Assembly: GCA_040752915.1 (NCBI GenBank)
Contig: JBFMHB010000001.1
Span: 78,532-142,531 of the forward strand
Source: Acidobacteriota bacterium
GTDB lineage: Bacteria > Acidobacteriota > UBA4820 > DSQY01
Direction: 5' to 3'
DNA length: 64,000 bases
This document shows, in pieces, positions 28,125 through 36,901 of the stretch. The notes below the pieces were generated by a model. The model saw only the letters and a list, made by a program, of their open reading frames with translations. It was not told the DNA's origin and did not search any database. Within the stretch, counting starts at the first letter, position 1. The number at the start of each line of letters is the position of its first letter. The translations under genes and the position numbers were made by a program.

Positions 28125-28353
28125 TGGCTCTCCTGAAGAATCTGTGCAGACCCCCGAGGGGAACCGCCGTCCGCAGCAGGCGAATGGCGACCTTCCGGCG
28201 CATTGAGGAAAAGTCGATCCGCAAGGCCCCGCCTCCATTGCGCCCTCCGCCCCGATGGCATACCCTTGCTCCTTGCCATCCTGGAGGGAGGGCGGGGGGC
28301 CGCGGAAATCAAGAACTCGGCGCCCGCGGGACTCCGAACCCGCCGGAGGAGAC

Positions 28354-31077
28354 ATGGAAGGTCTGGTCATCTTGCTCCTGGCGGCCGTTCTCCTGGGAGG
28401 CCCCGTGGTGGCCCTCACCCTTGCGATTGTGGCTCTGGTCCGAGGCAACCGGCTCCGACGCAACCTTCTCGATGCCCTGGATGACCAGCGCCGGGAATTG
28501 CAACACCTTCGAGCCCAGCTTGCGAAACTCCACTCCGATCTCGCGAGGAGCGATGGTCCCCCAGTTGAAAGGAGCCCCGGTCCCGCCTTGCCCCTTGAGG
28601 CTCCAACGGAACTCCCCCCGTTGGCGCCGGAGCCCCTGACCCAGACCGCTTCAGATTCGATTCAGGCTCCGACGCAACCGATTCCTGACCGGACCGCCCC
28701 ACCTGCTCCACCCGTCGAGCCGCCCACGGCCTCCAGCGCACCGCCTGGGGCCGGACCGCCTCCCCAACCACCCGTCCGACCCGCCATGGGCCTGGAGGAG
28801 AAACTGGGGGCCAGGCTTTTCGTGTGGGTGGGAGCCGTCGCTCTGGCCCTGGCCGGAACCCTGTTCGTGAAGTATTCCATCGACCAGGGCTGGATCAGCC
28901 CGCCCGTGCGCATCGCATTGGGGGTCCTCTTCGGCGCGGCCCTCCTGGTGACGGGGGAGCTTCTCCGAAAGGGCTACCGACTCCTCGCCCAGGCGTGCTC
29001 GGCGGCCGGCATCGCCGACCTCTTCGCGTGCTTCCTTGCGGCGAGCAACCTGTACCACCTCATTCCGAACCTGGTGGCCTTCGCCCTCATGGGACTCACG
29101 GCCGCCGTGGGCGTGGCGCTCTCTCTTCGGCAGGGGCCACTGGTGGCCGTGGTGGGGCTCATCGGCGGCTTTTTCACGCCCTACTGGCTCAGCACGGGTT
29201 CCCACCGTCCGGGCCCGCTCTTCGGCTACCTGCTTCTGCTCCAGGTAGGCCTCCTGGCCGTCACGCGCCTGCGCAGGTGGTGGCCCCTGGCGGGTCTCAC
29301 CCTCCTTGCGGGAATGGGCTGGGCGGCCCTCTGGCTCGCGTTCCCGTTCCGGCCCGAGGACGGCCTCTGGGTGGGACTTTTCCTCCTCGCAAGCGTGGGG
29401 GCTTTCCTGGCCAGCGGTTTCGCCGGTCGGGCCGCGGCGGCCTGGGGAGACGCGCGGATCCCCCTGGGCCTCGGGTGGGCCGCCCTGGGCTCCGGCCTCG
29501 GGCTCCTCGCCGCACTGGCGGGCCGTGGCGGATTCGGCACCACGGAGTGGGTCTTCCTGGGCATCCTCGGCGCCGCCTGCCTGGCCATGGGGCGCCTGGA
29601 CGAGGCCTTCGAGGGGACGGCCTGGCTCGCGGTGATCCTCACGACGATCTTGCTCGGTCTTTGGGGGGCCGGCCTGGCTCCCGACGCCCTGGGCCTTTAC
29701 CTCGCGACGGCGGGTTCGCTGGGCGCCCTCTTCGCCTTTGGGGCCTACGCTTGCCTGTGGGGCTCCGCGTCGCCCGGCCGATGGGCCGCCCTCTCGGCCC
29801 TCTCGGCGCTGGGCGCGTTTCTGATGGCATGGCGGACCCACCTGGGACTCGTCCATGGGGGCCATTGGGGTCCTCCGGCCCTTGTGATGGCTTTCCTTTT
29901 CCTCGCGGGCGCCGTTCCCCTGGCCTCCCGCCGGAACACCTTGAAGGGCGGCGAGGAGGCCCTGGCGGCCATGGCGGCGGCCGCGACGGCTTTCGTGAGC
30001 CTGGCCGTGCCTCTGGAACTCCATCGCGAGTGGATGGCGGTGGCCTGGGCTCTGGAGGTGGCGGCGCTGTGCTGGCTGTCCGAACGCCTTCGGGTGGGCG
30101 CCCTGGCCAAGCTGGCCTGGGCCCTCGCGGCTGGCGTCGCGGCTCGCCTCCTCCTCAACCCCTTCGTCCTCGCCTACCCCACGGGGTCCACTCCTGTGCT
30201 GAACTGGATCCTCTACGGCTACGGCTTGCCATTGCTGGCCTTCGCCGCGGGCGCCTGGTTCGTCCACCGCGACCGCAAGGCACTTTCGGAGGCCCTCCAG
30301 TGGGGGGCCCTGGCCTTCGGCGGGGCCCTTCTGGCCCTCGAAGTTCGCCACTATTTTCACCCAGGGCGCCTGGACTCACCCCGGGTGGACCTGGCCGAGT
30401 GGGGCGGTTGGGTCGTGGCATGGATGGCGCTGGGGCTTGGCCTCCTTGCGGCCTCCCGCCGCTGGCCCCTTCGGTCCCTGGACTGGGGCGGGCGCCTGCT
30501 CCTTCTCGCGGCTCTCGCCCTGGCGGCGTTGGGCCCGTGCCTCGTCGCCAATCCTGCCTGGACCCGCCACCCCGTTGGGGACACGCCGGTTTTCAACGCC
30601 CTTCTCTTCGTTTACGGGGTTCCGGCCCTGCTGGTCCTGCTCGGAGCGGCGGAACTCCGGAGCCGTGGCGAAGAGAGGATCTCGCGCGTTCTGGGGGCCG
30701 GAGGCCTCATCCTCCTCTTCTGCCTTCTGACCCTGGAAATCCGCCAGGGCTTCCGGGGCAGTCTGCTTCAGGCGGGCCGCGCCACCAACATGGAGAATTA
30801 CGCGTATTCGGCGGGATGGATCCTCTTCGGGCTGGTCCTCCTGGGGGCAGGCATCGCCCGGCGATCGGCGGCCTTCCGGTACGCATCCCTCGCCGTGATG
30901 ATTCTCACCATCGGAAAGATCTTCCTCTACGACCTCGCCCACCTGAAGGACACCCTGCTTCGCGCCCTCTCGTTCCTGGGGCTGGGGACGAGCCTGCTGC
31001 TGATCGCCTACCTTTACATGCGTTTCGTTTTCCGCCGGAGGGACGAATGCGAATCCGCCGCTTCGCGGGAGTCCTGA
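28354..31077 (+). CDS. DUF2339-family polytopic membrane protein (N-terminal TM + coiled coil + Pro-rich linker + >20 TM helices)
   Basis: Start taken at ATG 28354 (MEGLVILLLAAVLLGG) with a GGAGGA RBS. Coiled-coil LRRNLLDALDDQRRELQHLRAQLAKLHSDL, a Pro-rich spacer, then ~600 aa of repeated hydrophobic helices — the architecture typical of DUF2339. Confidence 0.75.
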   Translation: MEGLVILLLAAVLLGGPVVALTLAIVALVRGNRLRRNLLDALDDQRRELQHLRAQLAKLHSDLARSDGPPVERSPGPALPLEAPTELPPLAPEPLTQTASDSIQAPTQPIPDRTAPPAPPVEPPTASSAPPGAGPPPQPPVRPAMGLEEKLGARLFVWVGAVALALAGTLFVKYSIDQGWISPPVRIALGVLFGAALLVTGELLRKGYRLLAQACSAAGIADLFACFLAASNLYHLIPNLVAFALMGLTAAVGVALSLRQGPLVAVVGLIGGFFTPYWLSTGSHRPGPLFGYLLLLQVGLLAVTRLRRWWPLAGLTLLAGMGWAALWLAFPFRPEDGLWVGLFLLASVGAFLASGFAGRAAAAWGDARIPLGLGWAALGSGLGLLAALAGRGGFGTTEWVFLGILGAACLAMGRLDEAFEGTAWLAVILTTILLGLWGAGLAPDALGLYLATAGSLGALFAFGAYACLWGSASPGRWAALSALSALGAFLMAWRTHLGLVHGGHWGPPALVMAFLFLAGAVPLASRRNTLKGGEEALAAMAAAATAFVSLAVPLELHREWMAVAWALEVAALCWLSERLRVGALAKLAWALAAGVAARLLLNPFVLAYPTGSTPVLNWILYGYGLPLLAFAAGAWFVHRDRKALSEALQWGALAFGGALLALEVRHYFHPGRLDSPRVDLAEWGGWVVAWMALGLGLLAASRRWPLRSLDWGGRLLLLAALALAALGPCLVANPAWTRHPVGDTPVFNALLFVYGVPALLVLLGAAELRSRGEERISRVLGAGGLILLFCLLTLEIRQGFRGSLLQAGRATNMENYAYSAGWILFGLVLLGAGIARRSAAFRYASLAVMILTIGKIFLYDLAHLKDTLLRALSFLGLGTSLLLIAYLYMRFVFRRRDECESAASRES

Positions 31078-32963
31078 TCCTCGCGGTCCTTCCCCTGGCC
31101 GCCCAGGTTCCGCCTGGCCGATTTGAGCGCATCGCCCAGGCCCCTTCGGAGGGCTGGTACCGTGTCAATCTGGATCCCGCCACGCGGGGGCGCATGACCC
31201 CCGACGCCCGGGACTTGAGGATTGTGGACGCTTCGGGCGCCGAAGTGCCCTACCGGCTCCTTCTACCCCCGAAGCCAGCCGAAGCCATACCAGCCGCAGC
31301 GCGCGCTGTCCGGGAATCCCCGGATGGGTGGGAACTGGTCTTCGACCTCGGTGCCTCGACGCCTCCCCATCATGCCTTCCGTTTCGAGTTCGCCAACCGC
31401 GCGGCGGTTTCCGACTGCCGGCTGGAGTCGGGCCGAGACGGCGCATCCTGGCGCCTTCTGGCCCGGGGGGACCTTTTCCGCCTCGGCGAAGGTGAGGGCC
31501 TGTCGAGAACTTCTCTGGCCTACCCGGCCACCTCGGATCGCTACCTCCGCCTGATCTGGCCCAAGGGGGGAGACTACCCCGACGTCCGGCGCGCCGAAGC
31601 CCTTCCCGCGCCGCCTTCGCCCGCCACGATCCTCGAGTTCGCTCTGAGCCTGACCCACGAGAGCGATCTACCCGCCGGCCGCGTTTATCTCGTGAGCCTG
31701 CCGGGTACCGGCGCCGGCCTGAAGGGACTCCGCCTCGCGGCACACGGCGCCGGGGCCCTTTCCTACCGGCTCTGCGCCGTCCGTCAGGGCCGCTGGGAGA
31801 CCGTCGCCGAGGGGACGTTGACCGCCGATCCAAAGGGCGCGTGGCCCGATGTGGCCGTTGAGGAGGGCCCCTTCGAGAGCCCCGTGCTCCGGCTCGAGGT
31901 CGCCTCGGGGGTTCTTCCCTCGCCCTCCGTTGCGGCGGTTTGGGGTTCTTTTCAGGTTCCCTCGATCTTCTTCCATGCCGGTGCGCCCGGCGCCTACCGC
32001 TTCACGTACGGCAGCCTTGGCATGGCGCCGCCTCAGTACCCTTCTTTCGCGGTCCCGTCCCCCCCCGAGTCCGTACCCCTCCTGGTCTTGGGGCCCGAGC
32101 GCGATGGAGCGCCCGCAGGCCTGCCCGCCGCCCGGGCGGGCCTGGGTGCCGCCCTGCCCGAGGCCTCCTTCTCCACCGCCTGGCCCGTGAATCCCGGGCT
32201 GAGACCCGGGGAATTGGCCCGATTGGAGTTGCCCGGGGCCGTCTACGCCCCGGCCCGGACGGACCTCGGGGACCTGCGCCTGGAGTCGGGCGGGCGTCAG
32301 GTACCGTACCTGCTCCATGCGGCCGCCGAGCCGGTCTCCGTGTGGCGGGTCACCGGGCTCATCCCGAGCCCGGGCCGCATCCGGGGTGAAAGCGAAATCC
32401 TCCTCCCCGAGGTTCCCAAGGGTATGCACCTGACGGCCCTGGAACTGCGGACCTCCGCCTCGGCTTTCCACCGGCCCCTCGCCGTCCATTTTGTGGCCGA
32501 TGGAAGCAGGCCTGGTCTCGAATCCCCACCGGCCGTCCACCACGGCGACTGGTCTTGCGCGGGCGCCTCGGCCCTGCCCTGCCGGCTCGTCGTGCCCCTA
32601 TGGGGCGCCAGCCCCGGCGGAAAGATCCGTGTGGTCTTTCAGGACGGCGACAACCCGGCCCTTTCCTCGGTGGACGCGCTCCTGTGGCGCCGTGGACATA
32701 CACTCTTTTTTCTGGCGCCCGAGGGGCCCGCGCGCCTCCTGGCCGGCTCGCCGAACCTGCAGCCGCCCCGCTATGACCTGGCCTCCCTGGCCTCCCAGAT
32801 CCTCGCCATGCCCAGCCAGGCTGCCGACCTGGGTCCCGCCGAGGAAGGGGGCTCCCTGGCGGGCTCCCGGACGGTCCGGCTCGTCCTCGTCGGCGCCCTC
32901 ATCCTCTGCGGTGCGGTCCTCCTCCTCATCCTCGCCCGCGCCTTGAAAAGGCCCGAGGGTTGA
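31047..32963 (+). CDS. DUF3999-like exported protein with C-terminal membrane anchor
   Basis: In-frame ATG at 31047 (MRIRRFAGVLILAVLPLAAQ, signal peptide) overlapping the DUF2339 3' end by 31 nt. C-terminal TM helix VRLVLVGALILCGAVLLLILA. This gene-pairing with DUF2339 is the arrangement recalled for DUF3999. Confidence 0.65.
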   Translation: MRIRRFAGVLILAVLPLAAQVPPGRFERIAQAPSEGWYRVNLDPATRGRMTPDARDLRIVDASGAEVPYRLLLPPKPAEAIPAAARAVRESPDGWELVFDLGASTPPHHAFRFEFANRAAVSDCRLESGRDGASWRLLARGDLFRLGEGEGLSRTSLAYPATSDRYLRLIWPKGGDYPDVRRAEALPAPPSPATILEFALSLTHESDLPAGRVYLVSLPGTGAGLKGLRLAAHGAGALSYRLCAVRQGRWETVAEGTLTADPKGAWPDVAVEEGPFESPVLRLEVASGVLPSPSVAAVWGSFQVPSIFFHAGAPGAYRFTYGSLGMAPPQYPSFAVPSPPESVPLLVLGPERDGAPAGLPAARAGLGAALPEASFSTAWPVNPGLRPGELARLELPGAVYAPARTDLGDLRLESGGRQVPYLLHAAAEPVSVWRVTGLIPSPGRIRGESEILLPEVPKGMHLTALELRTSASAFHRPLAVHFVADGSRPGLESPPAVHHGDWSCAGASALPCRLVVPLWGASPGGKIRVVFQDGDNPALSSVDALLWRRGHTLFFLAPEGPARLLAGSPNLQPPRYDLASLASQILAMPSQAADLGPAEEGGSLAGSRTVRLVLVGALILCGAVLLLILARALKRPEG

Positions 32964-33125
32964 CGCGCTCTCAGCCCGCCGGTGCCGGGATCTGCCCACC
33001 CACGCGGCAAGTGGTTTCCTGTTTTGCTCTCCTCCGGAATGGCTGATTCTCTCGTTCCCTGTTTCCTTCACCTTGCATCCCCGCCTTCCTTGCCCTAGAC
33101 TCCCTCTCCCGTCGTGGAGCATGCC

Positions 33126-33473
33126 ATGGCCTGGTTTAACAAGACGCCGCCGCCCCCCCCCAGGACGGTGCTCGCCCCAACGGCCCTCCTGGAGGGAGAC
33201 CTGGTCACACGCTCCGAGGTGGAGGTCCACGGGCGAGTGGCCGGCACCCTCAAGACCGATTCGACCCTTACAGTGGGGCGGGAAGGCTCCTTGGAGGGTG
33301 AAGCCCAATGCTCCGCCCTGGAAGCGGCCGGTCGGTTGAAAGGCCAATTCGCCACGGCCGGGCTCTCCTCCTTCGGGGAGTCCGCACGCTTCGAGGGGGA
33401 CCTCTCGACCAGACGCCTAAGAATCGCGGCCGGCGCCGTGCTGAGGGGCCGCATCCGGGAGTCCCAGGCTTGA
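33126..33473 (+). CDS. Bactofilin (DUF583) family polymer-forming protein
   Basis: Beta-helical repeat pattern LLEGDLVTRSEVEVHGRVAGTLKTDSTLTVGREGSLEGEA...FEGDLSTRRLRIAAGAVLRGRI with regularly spaced G/V/L, matching bactofilin repeats. Confidence 0.6.
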   Translation: MAWFNKTPPPPPRTVLAPTALLEGDLVTRSEVEVHGRVAGTLKTDSTLTVGREGSLEGEAQCSALEAAGRLKGQFATAGLSSFGESARFEGDLSTRRLRIAAGAVLRGRIRESQA

Positions 33474-34117
33474 TTCTCTACGCCATCACCGACCGCCGGC
33501 TCGCCTTCTCCGAGGAGGGCCTCCTGGGTCAGGCCTCCCGCCTGCTGCGGTCGGGAGTGGACTGGCTCCAGATCCGGGAGAAGGACCTCCCCGACGGGGC
33601 CCTGTGCGCGGTCCTCGGCGCTCTCCGGTTCGAAGCCCTCCGGTTCGAGACGCGGCTGCTGGTCAACGGGCGTCCGGATCTGGCCCTTGCGGCGGGCGCC
33701 TCGGGCGTTCATCTCCCCGCCTCCGGCCTTCCCACGGACGAGGTTCGCCGGTTGTGTCCGCCTCCCATGTTCGTGGTCCGGTCCTGTCACTCCGTGAAGG
33801 AGGTGCGAACCGCGGCGGACCTGGGCGCCGACGCGGTCACCCTGGGTCCCGTTTTCGATACGCCCTCCAAGCGCGCCTTCGGAGCGCCGCTGGGCCTGGG
33901 AACGCTTGAAGAGGCGTGTCGGGCGGTCTCCATCCCCGTTCTCGCCATAGGAGGCGTTGGAATCCCTGACATCCCCCGGATTCGCGCCGCCGGCGCCGCC
34001 GGCCTGGCGGCCATCCGCCTCTTCGCCGAGACGCCCAACCCGTCGGCGACGGTGGCCGATATCCGGAGGCAGTGCCCTGATGGGCCCCCCGCTCCCCCAG
34101 GGCCTCGAATTTTTTGA
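33470..34117 (+). CDS. thiE: Thiamine-phosphate synthase
   Basis: TTG start overlapping the bactofilin stop (cTTGa). LYAITDRR, VDWLQIREKD, LLVNGRPDLALAAGASGVHL, AVTLGPVF.T.SK, and IPVLAIGGV are the canonical ThiE blocks. Confidence 0.85.
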   Translation: MILYAITDRRLAFSEEGLLGQASRLLRSGVDWLQIREKDLPDGALCAVLGALRFEALRFETRLLVNGRPDLALAAGASGVHLPASGLPTDEVRRLCPPPMFVVRSCHSVKEVRTAADLGADAVTLGPVFDTPSKRAFGAPLGLGTLEEACRAVSIPVLAIGGVGIPDIPRIRAAGAAGLAAIRLFAETPNPSATVADIRRQCPDGPPAPPGPRIF

Positions 34118-34187
34118 CGGGGGAGGCGTTCCATTTTAAATTGTTAGGCGCCGGGGACTCCCGGGCCCTTCGGCTGGAGGTGCCGTA

Positions 34188-34586
34188 ATGAAGGTCAAAC
34201 TGACCGTCGCCCTCATCATCGTGGCAGGCGCGGTGGGGCTCTTCTTTCTGTCCAACGCGGGAACGGGTAAGACCGTCTATTACTACAGTCCGACCCAGTA
34301 CATGGCGAACCCCGCCGTGCAATCCGACCGGCTCAAACTCAAAGGGATCATCGAACCCGGTAGCGTCCGTCTATCGGCGGACCGGCTCGACCTCTGGTTC
34401 GAGGTCTCGGACGGTGAGAGGAAGATCCCGGTTCATTACCGCGGGGCCGTCCCCGACGCCTTCAAGGAAGGTCTCGAGGTGGTGGTGGACGGCCGCATGA
34501 GCGGGAGCGGAACCTTCGAGGGGCGAGAGCTCATCGTCAAGTGTCCTTCGAAGTACGAATCCACAGACGGTCTTCCCAAGGCCTGA
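34188..34586 (+). CDS. ccmE: Cytochrome c-type biogenesis heme chaperone CcmE, CxxxY variant
   Basis: N-terminal TM anchor, OB-fold body (VYYYSPTQ..., LKGIIEPGSV..., LEVVVDGRM), and a C-terminal motif VKCPSKYES in which the canonical heme-binding His of HxxxY is replaced by Cys. Confidence 0.8.
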   Translation: MKVKLTVALIIVAGAVGLFFLSNAGTGKTVYYYSPTQYMANPAVQSDRLKLKGIIEPGSVRLSADRLDLWFEVSDGERKIPVHYRGAVPDAFKEGLEVVVDGRMSGSGTFEGRELIVKCPSKYESTDGLPKA

Positions 34587-34589
34587 CCC

Positions 34590-36662
34590 ATGGGGACCAT
34601 CGGGACTTACGCGCTCTTCATCGCCCTGGCCCTGGCCCTCTGGGGAGCCGTGGCGGCCTTCGTGGCCTATCGAACCAACGACCTTCGGTACCTCCGCAGC
34701 GCTGTGCGCTCCATCCACGGAATCACGGCCTTGTCCCTCCTGGCCGTGGCGGCGCTGTGGATCGCCCTCTTGAAAAACGACTTCACGATCAAGTACGTCT
34801 GGGAGTACTCCCGCTCCTCCCAGCCCATCATCTACAAGTTGTCCGCGCTCTGGGGGGGAATGAACGGGTCCATCCTCTTCTGGTGCGCGCTGCTGGCCGT
34901 TTTCTGCTCCTTGGCCGTGGTCCTGAACCGGACCAACAACTTGAGGCTGTTGCCCTTCACCAGCTTCGTGCTGCTCCTGACCCTTCTCTTTTTCCTCGTC
35001 CTCCTGAACTTCAAGACGAGCCCCTTTGAGCCCCTCATGGACTCCGAGGGCCTGGCCGTCAAGGCCTATGCCCCTGAAATGCTGGCCCGAATCGAGGGGA
35101 ACGGCCTCAACCCCCTCCTTCAGAACGTCTACATGGCCATCCACCCGCCCATGCTCTACCAGGGCTACGTGGGCTTCGCCATCCCCTTCGCCTTCATCCT
35201 GGGCGCGCTGGCCCACAGGGAGCGCAACACCTTCTGGATGCGGTCGGCCAGAAACTGGGCCATGTACTCGTGGCTCACTCTGGGCATCGGAATCCTCCTG
35301 GGCGGATACTGGGCCTACATCGAACTCGGGTGGGGAGGCTACTGGGCCTGGGATCCCGTGGAGAACGCCTCCTTCCTGCCCTGGGTGACGGGGACGGCCT
35401 TTCTTCACTCCTTCTTGATGCAGGAGAAACGCGGGATTTACCGGTTCTGGAACGTCTTCTTCATCATGGCCACCTTCCTGCTGTGCATCTACGGGACCTT
35501 CCTCACCCGCTCGGGCATCCTGCAATCGGTCCACGCCTTCGGACAGGAGGACCCGACGATCCCCTGGTACTTCAAGATCGGGAACATCTTCATCGCCTTC
35601 ATGCTGGGCATGCTGGCCCTCGGCGTGGTTCTCATCCTGAGAAGGCAGGGCCTTCTGAAAAGCGGGCAGAGGCTCGAATCCGCCGGGAGCCGCGAGAGCC
35701 TCTTCCTGTACGGGAACCTGCTCCTGGGCCTGATGACGTTGATCGTCCTTTTCGGCGTGACGAGCCCGATTTTCGTCCGGATGGTCACGGGCAAGGAGGT
35801 GAGCCACGGCCCCGAGTTTTACAACCCGAGGATCCTGCCGGTGGCCCTCGCCATTCTCCTCGTCATGGGCATCGCATCCATCGCCCCCTGGCGGCGCGGC
35901 GGCTGGGCGGGCTACCGCCGGCACCTTCTCTTTCCCTCCTTGGCCGGCGGCTCGGCCCTGGCCGTCTCGATCGCGGCCTTCCTATACGGCGGAGCCGCCT
36001 CCCGAGCGGACTTCGCCTCCCGGCCCCTCACCTACGCCTACCTCTTCGCCTGCATCGCGCTCTCTTTCTTTGTGGCCGCCATCCTGGTAGAGGAGTACAT
36101 CCGCTCGGTCAAGACATCCGTGGCCCACGGGCGGGCGACCATGCCAAGGGCCCTCCTTTCGCCCTTCCGCGACAACCCGCGTCGATACGGGGGATACCTC
36201 GTCCACCTGGGCATGGTCTGCCTCTTTCTCGGCGTGGCCTTTTCCGGGACGTTTCAAAAGGAGTACCAGGAGACCATGCGCCCCGGGGACGCCGTGCGCT
36301 TCGGGCCCTACACGGTCCGAATGGCGGGGCTCAACCATGACGATCTGAACGCCGACCTGACGAAGGTCAACGAGGCCCGGGTGTGGGCCGACCTTCACGT
36401 GTTCAAGGGGGACCGATTCGTGGCCCACCTGAGGCCCCAGCGGGTCTTCTACGCCGCGAACCCTCAGCAGCCCACCTACGAGGTCGCGATTCACTCCCGC
36501 CTCATGAACGACTTTTACACCCTCCTGGCGGGCTTCGACCCCAAGGACGGCACGGCCGTGATCGGGGCCTTCGTGAACCCCATGGTGGCATGGCTGTGGC
36601 TCGGCGGCCTGCTCGTCCTCATTGGCGGCACCACGGCCCTCGTGCCGATGAGGAGATACTGA
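34590..36662 (+). CDS. ccmF: Cytochrome c-type biogenesis protein CcmF (heme lyase subunit)
   Basis: 690 aa polytopic protein. WWD-domain GGYWAYIELGWGGYWAWDPVENASFLPW, with conserved His in the flanking TM helices. Confidence 0.9.
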   Translation: MGTIGTYALFIALALALWGAVAAFVAYRTNDLRYLRSAVRSIHGITALSLLAVAALWIALLKNDFTIKYVWEYSRSSQPIIYKLSALWGGMNGSILFWCALLAVFCSLAVVLNRTNNLRLLPFTSFVLLLTLLFFLVLLNFKTSPFEPLMDSEGLAVKAYAPEMLARIEGNGLNPLLQNVYMAIHPPMLYQGYVGFAIPFAFILGALAHRERNTFWMRSARNWAMYSWLTLGIGILLGGYWAYIELGWGGYWAWDPVENASFLPWVTGTAFLHSFLMQEKRGIYRFWNVFFIMATFLLCIYGTFLTRSGILQSVHAFGQEDPTIPWYFKIGNIFIAFMLGMLALGVVLILRRQGLLKSGQRLESAGSRESLFLYGNLLLGLMTLIVLFGVTSPIFVRMVTGKEVSHGPEFYNPRILPVALAILLVMGIASIAPWRRGGWAGYRRHLLFPSLAGGSALAVSIAAFLYGGAASRADFASRPLTYAYLFACIALSFFVAAILVEEYIRSVKTSVAHGRATMPRALLSPFRDNPRRYGGYLVHLGMVCLFLGVAFSGTFQKEYQETMRPGDAVRFGPYTVRMAGLNHDDLNADLTKVNEARVWADLHVFKGDRFVAHLRPQRVFYAANPQQPTYEVAIHSRLMNDFYTLLAGFDPKDGTAVIGAFVNPMVAWLWLGGLLVLIGGTTALVPMRRY

Positions 36663-36892
36663 TGGCGCCCCTTCTCGCGACCCTCGTCCTGGCCGTCGCC
36701 GCCTTCGTCTGGGTCCTTCGGCCCCTATTCGAGGAGGCGCAGGCGATTCCGCAGGAGCGGGCGGCCGGCCTTTTGGCCGACGCCGTGACACGGTCCGTCC
36801 AGGAACTGGAGACGGACCTTCGCCTCCAGAAGATCGAGCCCGCAGATTTGGACATGATCCAGGAACACTTGAAACGGGAATCCGCGTCTTGA
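36662..36892 (+). CDS. Small membrane-anchored protein, translationally coupled to ccmF (possible Ccm accessory)
   Basis: ATG 36662 overlaps the ccmF TGA. A single TM helix (LLATLVLAVAAFVWVL) followed by a charged helix. No Cys, so it is not a CcmH-type protein. Confidence 0.4.
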   Translation: MAPLLATLVLAVAAFVWVLRPLFEEAQAIPQERAAGLLADAVTRSVQELETDLRLQKIEPADLDMIQEHLKRESAS

Positions 36893-36901
36893 GGGGGGCC
36901 G

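Noticed and set aside
28651-30360. 569-aa minus-strand ORF inside the DUF2339 gene
   Set aside because: Antisense and highly Arg/Gly/Glu-rich. The sense strand encodes a coherent run of TM helices.
28824-32963. 1379-aa plus-strand ORF from the track
   Set aside because: Its first ~740 codons are an alternative frame inside the DUF2339 gene and are Gly/Arg/Pro-rich nonsense. The real gene is the in-frame segment starting at ATG 31047 with a signal peptide.
32964-33125. TPP riboswitch upstream of bactofilin-thiE
   Set aside because: No CUGAGA / GGGG..ACCC THI-box elements. The region is short and pyrimidine-rich.
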